From positions 640,001-704,000 of the forward strand of contig CAXXVZ010000002.1 in assembly GCA_963678065.2 (NCBI GenBank): a stretch of 64,000 nt of DNA, given 5' to 3'. The DNA comes from Treponemataceae bacterium (lineage in GTDB: Bacteria; Spirochaetota; Spirochaetia; Treponematales; Rectinemataceae). Position 1 is the first letter of the stretch. Every line of letters begins with the position of its first letter. Shown piece after piece: positions 57,665-64,000 of this stretch. The position numbers and the translations under genes are program-made. A model generated the notes under the pieces. That model ran no database searches, was not told where the DNA came from, and worked only from the letters and a program-made list of their open reading frames with translations.

Positions 57665-57820
57665 CGGAGGTCCTGCCTGTGGCCGTGCCTGTAGTCGAGC
57701 CTGTCTATGACGAGGCCGGGCCGGGGCTGCCGGTCCGGCCTGACGGTCGGAAAGCCTGCGAGTGAATCTCGCGCCTGCGTTCCCCCGGCGTGCCCGGGGA
57801 ACGCGCCGCCTACGGGACCT

Positions 57821-59125
57821 TTAGTCCTCTTCGGCGAGGGCGGCGTTGGCTGCGGTCTTGAGTTTCTCCAGAGCCTTCTTGGGCTCCACACCCGCGACCA
57901 TGACGCTCTCGAAGGCTTCCTTGAGCATGGAGTCGATCTTGGAGCTCATCTTGCCCAGGTAAACGATCTTGGAGGCGTCGAAATCCTTCGTGAACACGTC
58001 GGAGTAGGGCATGGATTTGTAGAATGCGGAGTTCATGAGCTTCTTGGAGGGCTGAACGATGGCTACCTTGTCGAGGTACTCCTCTCCGTGGGAGAGCATG
58101 TAGTTGACCAGCGCCCACGAAGCCTGCTGTTCGAGCTTGGAGGACTGGACATTGACCATGTAGTAGTGGCCGGAATAGTTCGTGGTTACGCGCCGCTTGG
58201 CGTCCTTCCACTGGGGGAAGGGAACGACCATCCAGTCCTTGGTTTCGTAAAAGGCGGGATTGGCCGCCTTCATGCGGGCTTCCTGGTAGAGACCGGAGAT
58301 GGACATCGCTATCTCGTTCTTGTTGAGGTCGAACTGGGTGCGGGCCGCCGTGTAGGTGGGCGAGCCGAGATTCTTTCCGGAAGGACCGAAGTCTTTGCAG
58401 TACTGGAGAACTTTGAGCCAGGCCTCGTCGCCGATGATGGCGGTCTTGCCGTCTTTGGAGATGAGCTGGCCGCCGAGCTGCTCGACCATGGGAAGCATGG
58501 TGGTGAGGTTGGCGGCGTAGCGGAAGTCGAAGCCGCGGCGGGTTATGATCTGGCCGTTGCGTTTGACGATCTTCTCGGAGAGAGACATCACGTCCTCCCA
58601 GGTCTTCGGCCAGTCCTTGTCGGGGTCGAGTCCCGCGTCGCGGAAGATCTTGCGGTTGAGGTAGAGGGCCATGTTGGTGATCTCGAGGGGAAGGCCGTAG
58701 ATTTCGCCGTCCTGGGTCACCGGGTCGAGCATATCGGGGAGGTAGCGGTCTGCGAGGTCGGCGGCGTTCTTCTCGCCGATGATTTTATAGTCGACCGGCG
58801 CGACGCGGCCGTTGCCGATGTAGGTGTAGGCGCTCGTGATGGCGAGGTTGAAGATATCCGGCCCCTTGTTGGCCGCGAATGCCGTGGCCATCGTCTCGGC
58901 GATTTTGCCCGAGGGATAGGCGACATAATTGATGGTGAGGCTCGGGTTGGCCGCTTTGAACTCTTCGATATAGCGTTTCTCGATGACGGCGCGGTTGGCA
59001 TCCTCGTGGGTCCACAGGGTGATCTCGAGGTTCTTGCCCTTGAGCTCGGGGATTGTCGGCGCCTGGGCGATCGCCAGGGATGTCGCCAGGACAATGAGAA
59101 CGAGTGCGATGATCGGTCGTTTCAT
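57821..59125 (-). CDS. sugar ABC transporter substrate-binding protein
   Basis: Signal peptide; YGLP...LYLNRKIF...PKTWED. Confidence 0.88.
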   Translation of the reverse strand: MKRPIIALVLIVLATSLAIAQAPTIPELKGKNLEITLWTHEDANRAVIEKRYIEEFKAANPSLTINYVAYPSGKIAETMATAFAANKGPDIFNLAITSAYTYIGNGRVAPVDYKIIGEKNAADLADRYLPDMLDPVTQDGEIYGLPLEITNMALYLNRKIFRDAGLDPDKDWPKTWEDVMSLSEKIVKRNGQIITRRGFDFRYAANLTTMLPMVEQLGGQLISKDGKTAIIGDEAWLKVLQYCKDFGPSGKNLGSPTYTAARTQFDLNKNEIAMSISGLYQEARMKAANPAFYETKDWMVVPFPQWKDAKRRVTTNYSGHYYMVNVQSSKLEQQASWALVNYMLSHGEEYLDKVAIVQPSKKLMNSAFYKSMPYSDVFTKDFDASKIVYLGKMSSKIDSMLKEAFESVMVAGVEPKKALEKLKTAANAALAEED

Positions 59126-59350
59126 GCGGTCCTCCGGAGGATTGATCCTGTCGCGATTGTTCCGCCGCGGGAGCCGGGTCCGGGCGAACCCTTCCGCGCC
59201 CTGCCTGCGGGACTTCGATCAATCTTACAGCCCTCCGGTCATTTCTGCAATAAAAAAACGCTGTAATAAAATGCGGCGTCAGGATTTGAAATTGCGTTAC
59301 AAATCCCGTGACAGCGGGCCGTCCTCCGGAAAAGGCCACAGTCCCCGGCA

Positions 59351-60739
59351 TCACGCGGGCGTCGGGGGCTGAGTCTCTTCTTTTCCTTCGGTCACGCTCC
59401 GGAGCCATTTCCTGGACAGGAAGCGCCAGAGCCCCACGAAGGATTTCGCGACTTCTTCCACCGAACACATGAGGTAGATACCCCAGGCGGGAAGGCCCCA
59501 GACGAAGGCCCCGAGGGCGGCGAGAGGAACGCCTATTCCCCAGACGCCCAGGAGGTCGAAGAGCAGCCCGAACTTCGTGTCGCCGCCCGCCCGGCAGATC
59601 CCGACCACGAGGTGAAAGTTGAAAACCCTGAAGGGAAAGGTGAGGCCGAGCACGAGGAGCATGGCGGAAGCCTGGGCCAGGACCGGCGCGTCGAGCCTGA
59701 ACACGAAAGGCAGCAGCGAGCGCAGGGGGATGAGAAGCAGTCCGAAGACGATCCCCAGGCACGGAGCGAGGAGGGCGAATCGTCGAGCCCAATCCCTGGC
59801 CAGATCGTGGCGCCCCTCGCCGATTTTCTTGCCGATCATGACCGAAGCGGCGCTGGCCGTGCCGAAAAACAGGACCATCGAAAGCTGGCTGACCGTACTC
59901 GTCACATTGTAGGCCGCGATCGCATCCGTTCCGCTGCGCGCGAAGATGGCGTTGTAGGTGGTGATGCCCAGGCTCCAGATCACCTCGTTGACGACGACGG
60001 GAAGTGCGACCGTGACAAAACGCGAAATCCAGATCCCGCTCCAGTCGACCAGCTCCCGAAGCCTGCCCGCGGTAGGATAGCGGCGCACATACGGCACGAT
60101 CAGCATGATGAGAGCCTCGGCCGTGCGCGCCGCCACTGTCGCCCAGGCTGCGCCGACGACTCCGAGGGCAGGAATCCCGAATTCCCCGAAAATGAGCACC
60201 CAGTTGAGGAAGGCGTTCATCCCGAGAGAGACGATGGAGGCCACGAGGGGCAGTCTCACCTTTTCACAGCTCCGCATCGAGAAACCGAGGATGGAACTCG
60301 CCACGGTGGGCAGGTAGCTCAGGGCCGCGATCCGCAGATAGTCCGCCCCGATTCTGACAACCTCGGCGTCCCGCGAGTAGAGCCCGATGAGGAAGCGGGG
60401 TGCCGCGACGGCCGCGACCGTGAAGAATGCGCCGGCAACGAGGCCGGCGGTGAGACAGAGGCCCACTGTCCTCCGGATGCCCGGAAGGTCGCGCCTGCCC
60501 CAGTACTGCGCTATGAAAATCCCTCCGCCCGTGGAAACTCCGTACAGCAGAAGCATGAGAAGGAAGTATATCTGATTGCCCAGACCGACAGCGGCGAGCG
60601 GCGTGGCCCCCAGCTGCCCCACCATCACCGTGTCCAGCATGTTGACGCTCGACGAGACGAGGTTCTGGAGGGCGATGGGGATGGCGATCTGTATCAGTGT
60701 CGGGACGAAGCTCTCGCCGGACCGCAGGCCGCGGCTCAT
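59351..60739 (-). CDS. MATE family efflux transporter
   Basis: IAIPIALQN...DTVMVGQLG, GVVGAAWAT, RAGGDTK. Confidence 0.9.
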   Translation of the reverse strand: MSRGLRSGESFVPTLIQIAIPIALQNLVSSSVNMLDTVMVGQLGATPLAAVGLGNQIYFLLMLLLYGVSTGGGIFIAQYWGRRDLPGIRRTVGLCLTAGLVAGAFFTVAAVAAPRFLIGLYSRDAEVVRIGADYLRIAALSYLPTVASSILGFSMRSCEKVRLPLVASIVSLGMNAFLNWVLIFGEFGIPALGVVGAAWATVAARTAEALIMLIVPYVRRYPTAGRLRELVDWSGIWISRFVTVALPVVVNEVIWSLGITTYNAIFARSGTDAIAAYNVTSTVSQLSMVLFFGTASAASVMIGKKIGEGRHDLARDWARRFALLAPCLGIVFGLLLIPLRSLLPFVFRLDAPVLAQASAMLLVLGLTFPFRVFNFHLVVGICRAGGDTKFGLLFDLLGVWGIGVPLAALGAFVWGLPAWGIYLMCSVEEVAKSFVGLWRFLSRKWLRSVTEGKEETQPPTPA

Positions 60740-61794
60740 AGGCGGGGCCGGCACAGGGACAAGGCCGTGCGCTCCACTTCCAGACCGTTCGCCGCGACCA
60801 CGGTATCGACGAGGCCGCGCGGGATGTCGTGGCCTCCGGCGCAGGCGGCGCACAGGGCTCCGGCGAGGGCGGCTATCGTGTCGGTATCGCCGCCCAGAGA
60901 CGCGCCCATGCGGAGAGCGAGCATGACCTCGTCCTTCGCGAACATGAAAATACCGAAAACGGCCGCGCAGACGTCGGCCGATTCGATGCCGCTCCCGATG
61001 ACCCCATAGAGAAAGTCCATCGCCTCGTCCGCGTCACGCCACGCGGGCGCGAGCGCGCGCAGATGGGCGATGCGGGCTCCGGAGGAGGGGCCGGGAAATC
61101 CCCCGGGAGCGAGCGCGGCTCCGCGCACGGCGCCTGCGAGTCCCGCGTCGAGAATCGCGCCGACGCGGCCGGCAGTGTCAGACGACGCGGAATCGGCGCA
61201 GAGAGCAGCATGCAGGGCATAGGCATAGGCCATCGCGGCCTCTATCGCCGCGCGCGTGTTGTGGGTGGGAAGGCAGCAGGCGAGAACTGCCCTTTCGAGC
61301 GCTCCGGCGCCGCCTCCCCCAAGGGCTTCGTCGTCGCCTGTGCTGACGCAGGACCCGGCCTCGCAGGCCAGCGTCGCGAGAACGGCCGCCGGGCTCCTCA
61401 TGATGCCTCCGCAGGTCGTACCCTCTTTCCCCGCCTCTCGCGGGTCCGCCCCGTTTTCGATGGCGGTGAGTGCCTTGAGCGAACTGGGCCCGATGTAGCG
61501 CTTCGCGACGGCGTCGGTCTCGCGCACCCAGGCCAGGAGGCATTCCACCGTCGTTTCGGCGCTGATGCCCCGCGCCTGGTAGGCGTCCAGAAGCCTCCAC
61601 AGCTGTTCCGTGTCGTCGGTGACCGAGGCGAAGGGCAGCTCGGGATGGGTCCACGAAATCGATGGATCCAGGATACGGTCCACCAGGCCGAAACGTCCGC
61701 GTATTTCCTCCCGGCGCATGAATTCTGTGGGCATTCCCAGCGCGTCGCCGACCGCGAAGGCTTCGAGGACGGCGATGATCTTTGTCTGAAGCAT
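60736..61794 (-). CDS. ADP-ribosylglycohydrolase family protein
   Basis: GDALGMPTE, TDDTEQ, GGIMR, THN, GGDTDTIAA. Confidence 0.92.
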   Translation of the reverse strand: MLQTKIIAVLEAFAVGDALGMPTEFMRREEIRGRFGLVDRILDPSISWTHPELPFASVTDDTEQLWRLLDAYQARGISAETTVECLLAWVRETDAVAKRYIGPSSLKALTAIENGADPREAGKEGTTCGGIMRSPAAVLATLACEAGSCVSTGDDEALGGGGAGALERAVLACCLPTHNTRAAIEAAMAYAYALHAALCADSASSDTAGRVGAILDAGLAGAVRGAALAPGGFPGPSSGARIAHLRALAPAWRDADEAMDFLYGVIGSGIESADVCAAVFGIFMFAKDEVMLALRMGASLGGDTDTIAALAGALCAACAGGHDIPRGLVDTVVAANGLEVERTALSLCRPRL

Positions 61795-61842
61795 AGTTCT
61801 CCCGTCGAGACGGATCGCGACTGCCGGCGCCGGCAGTCGTGG

Positions 61843-62616
61843 CTACAGCGCCTCGATGAATGCCCGGGCTTTGGCCAGCCCCGAGTCTACATCGTCGAGA
61901 TAATAGCGCCAGGACGGCTCGAGGGTCCAAAACCCCTCGTAGCCCTGCTCCCTGAGGGTCCTGGCTATGCCGGGCCAGTCCGCGTCGCCCGAGCCCGCCG
62001 GGATGTGTTTCATGCTGCCCCGGTGATCGGACAGGTGCATATAGCAGGGGCGCACCGCCGCGATGAACTCCACGGGATCTATGCCGGCCTCGAAACTCTC
62101 TGTGGTATCGACCATGGGTTTGATCGAAGCCATGCCGAGGCGGGCGTGATAGGCAAGAAGCTCCGCGGGAATGCCGGCCTGAGTCTTCGGGTTGTGCTCC
62201 AGGGCCACGGTGATACCCGCAACCGCCGCACGAGTTCCCAGATCGCGGAGATTGTCCAGAATAGGCTCCTCGAGACCGGCTGCCCGATCGGCGGCGGAGA
62301 CAGGGTTCCCCGCGTGGATCACTAGTATCTCGGAACCCATGATGGCCGCCGACTCGACGATATCGCGGTTCAGCTCGCGGGCCTCGGCCACCATCCCCGG
62401 ATGGATGTTGTACAGCACGGAGAAAAAAACCAGTGGATAGTGGATCGAAGCCACATGTATCAGGCCGCGCACCCGTCTCGCGAAATCGGGACGGGTGTCG
62501 GCCCTGCACTGCGGCATGAGCTCGGCAAAATCGAAACCTGCCTTCTTCACGAGGCGCAATGCGTCTTCGGAGTCCCGGGGATACAGGGCGCCCGAGGAAA
62601 AGGCAGCGCGTTTCAC
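61843..62616 (-). CDS. sugar phosphate isomerase/epimerase (TIM barrel)
   Basis: GTG start VKRAAFSS; ALEHN, MVDT, HLSD, HIPAGSG, WTLE. Confidence 0.85.
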   Translation of the reverse strand: MKRAAFSSGALYPRDSEDALRLVKKAGFDFAELMPQCRADTRPDFARRVRGLIHVASIHYPLVFFSVLYNIHPGMVAEARELNRDIVESAAIMGSEILVIHAGNPVSAADRAAGLEEPILDNLRDLGTRAAVAGITVALEHNPKTQAGIPAELLAYHARLGMASIKPMVDTTESFEAGIDPVEFIAAVRPCYMHLSDHRGSMKHIPAGSGDADWPGIARTLREQGYEGFWTLEPSWRYYLDDVDSGLAKARAFIEAL

Positions 62617-63878
62617 GGCTTCATCTCGTCGACGAGTTCGGCCACGGAAGCTTTGAGCGCCTCGGCGGGACTCTGCTTGCCCTTCTCGAGCCGCTCGAGC
62701 ATCTGGCCGATGAGGAGGTCCATCGTGCCCATATCGTCGAAATGCCAGTACGCCCACGCGTCTTTCAGCTGACTGAAGGCGATCTTGTTGAGGGGCAGAT
62801 CGGCCATGGCTTTCTTGGTCTGGGGCAGGTCGAGGATGCTCTTGCGGACGGGGACATAGCCCGTAGAAAGCGCGAAGGTCGCCTCGTTTTCCGGTTTCAG
62901 GAGATACTTGATCACCTGCCAGACCGCGTCGTTCGCCTCTTTTCCCTTGTTGAACATGGCGATCCCGCCGCCGCCGAGCGGAACCGAGGCCTTCTTGAAG
63001 TAGGGCAGGGCATAGGCGCCGAGGTCGAACTTGGCATCCTTGTCCCAGCGGGCGATGCGCGAACTGGTAGAGACGATATAGGCCAGGTTCCCGGCGAGGA
63101 AGCGCTTCTCGGCGTTGGTGTGCTGGTACTGGGGCATGACCTTGTCGTCCGCGAGTTTCTTCCAGAATGTCGCGACTTCGACGGCGTCGGCGCGGTCGTA
63201 CACGGGGGTCGTCTTGTTGTTTTTCACTTCGACGACGGGGTTGCCGTTCTGCATCAGCATGGCCTTGAAAAGCCAGGGAGCGTCCGAAACGTCGAAGCCC
63301 CAGAAATCGGCCGATTTCTGGATGTTCCCGCCGGTCTGGGCTTTCCTGGCAAGCGACTCGAGCTCGGGCCAGGACTTCGGAGCCTTGCCCGCGTCGATCC
63401 CTGCGGCTTTCAGGATGTCGTTGTTGTAATACAGGATGGGCGTGGAGATGTTGTAGGGCACAACGGCAATCCTGCCGTTGTAGGTGGAGTACTCCCACAT
63501 TCCTTCGAAAATGTCATCCTTGTTGAAGTCCTTGTCCGAGTTGATGTAGTCGAGAATGGTCCAGTCGTTGTAGGCGCCGGTGTACAGGGGGCCGGCGGCC
63601 ATGAGAGCCGCGTTCGGATTGGACTTCGCTTCGATGGCCGTCACCATCTTGGTGGCCGTGTCGGCGTAGCTTCCCGAGTAGATCGGCTCGACGAGGATTT
63701 TGTCCTGCGAGGCGTTGAAAGCCGCGATCTGCTTCTTGAAGGCCTCGCCGTTGTCGCCCGAGAGGGCGTACCAGAAACTCAATTTGATCTTGCCGTCCGG
63801 AGTCTTGTCCGCGGCACCCGCGAGTCCGACGATAGAGAGAACCGCGATCAAAGCCAGAAGAATGCTGCGTCGATTCAT
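62613..63878 (-). CDS. ABC substrate-binding protein (UgpB-like)
   Basis: Signal peptide; VPYNISTPILYYN...PKSW, STGYVPVRKS. Confidence 0.88.
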   Translation of the reverse strand: MNRRSILLALIAVLSIVGLAGAADKTPDGKIKLSFWYALSGDNGEAFKKQIAAFNASQDKILVEPIYSGSYADTATKMVTAIEAKSNPNAALMAAGPLYTGAYNDWTILDYINSDKDFNKDDIFEGMWEYSTYNGRIAVVPYNISTPILYYNNDILKAAGIDAGKAPKSWPELESLARKAQTGGNIQKSADFWGFDVSDAPWLFKAMLMQNGNPVVEVKNNKTTPVYDRADAVEVATFWKKLADDKVMPQYQHTNAEKRFLAGNLAYIVSTSSRIARWDKDAKFDLGAYALPYFKKASVPLGGGGIAMFNKGKEANDAVWQVIKYLLKPENEATFALSTGYVPVRKSILDLPQTKKAMADLPLNKIAFSQLKDAWAYWHFDDMGTMDLLIGQMLERLEKGKQSPAEALKASVAELVDEMKP

Positions 63879-63918
63879 GCTCTGCCTCCCGTATGCGATG
63901 CAATACGATGTGATACGA

Positions 63919-64000
63919 TCAGGATTTCATTCCTGTCAGGGTGATCGAAGAGATGAAATGCTTTTCCGTGAACAGGTAGACGGCGAGCACGGGAACGATG
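63919..64000 (-). CDS. carbohydrate ABC permease, 3' end only
   Basis: IVPVLAVYLFTEKHFISSITLTGMKS*. Confidence 0.7.
   Translation of the reverse strand, partial: IVPVLAVYLFTEKHFISSITLTGMKS

Noticed and set aside
57650..57820. GCCTGT short repeats and GC-rich hairpins after the SBP gene
   Set aside because: Consistent with an ordinary intercistronic stabilising stem-loop in high-GC DNA.
52095..59125. Sugar ABC operons lacking an ATPase
   Set aside because: Common; CUT1 systems often share a MsmK/MalK-type ATPase.
57707..63944. Long alternative-frame ORFs (57707-59266, 59612-61009, 60829-62325, 61178-62509, 62559-63944)
   Set aside because: They overlap well-supported genes and are high-GC artefacts.
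1..64000. Integron integrase, CRISPR array, tRNA/rRNA, prophage genes
   Set aside because: No tyrosine recombinase ORF, no regularly spaced repeat-spacer array, and no recognisable RNA or phage genes by eye.

Overview
Bacterial window, probably from a spirochaete (inferred from the style of its attC-like sites), with four parts. (1) 1-8.2 kb: short, mostly AT-rich minus-strand genes separated by degenerate integron attC-like hairpins, with two intact IS elements inserted. (2) 8.3-31.2 kb: a defence island. It holds a complete type I R-M set whose HsdS has two identical TRDs, a second orphan hsdM, two RhuM-family genes plus rhuM fragments, a DUF5655-type nuclease, an HsdR_N-nuclease/NTPase/S1 protein, a PHP+ABC-ATPase (Ppl-like) protein with a Walker A K->E change, an IS3, and hicAB, vapBC and pemK toxin genes. 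Several of these are bounded by attC-like sites; no integrase is in the window. (3) 31.2-49.1 kb: three MalT-like STAND-LuxR regulators with repeated DUF4386/DUF6326-like membrane proteins and a triplicated ~75-85 aa protein, flanked by duplicated DUF4180-pemK/HAD segments. (4) 49.9-64 kb: GC-rich genes for a HAD hydrolase, MFS, three sugar ABC modules, MATE and an ADP-ribosylglycohydrolase. The most striking signal is that every rhuM-type sequence encodes its variable motif as a perfect DNA palindrome with compensatory changes, and related palindromes sit free between hsdR and rhuM-fic. Family assignments come from motif recognition, not database searches.
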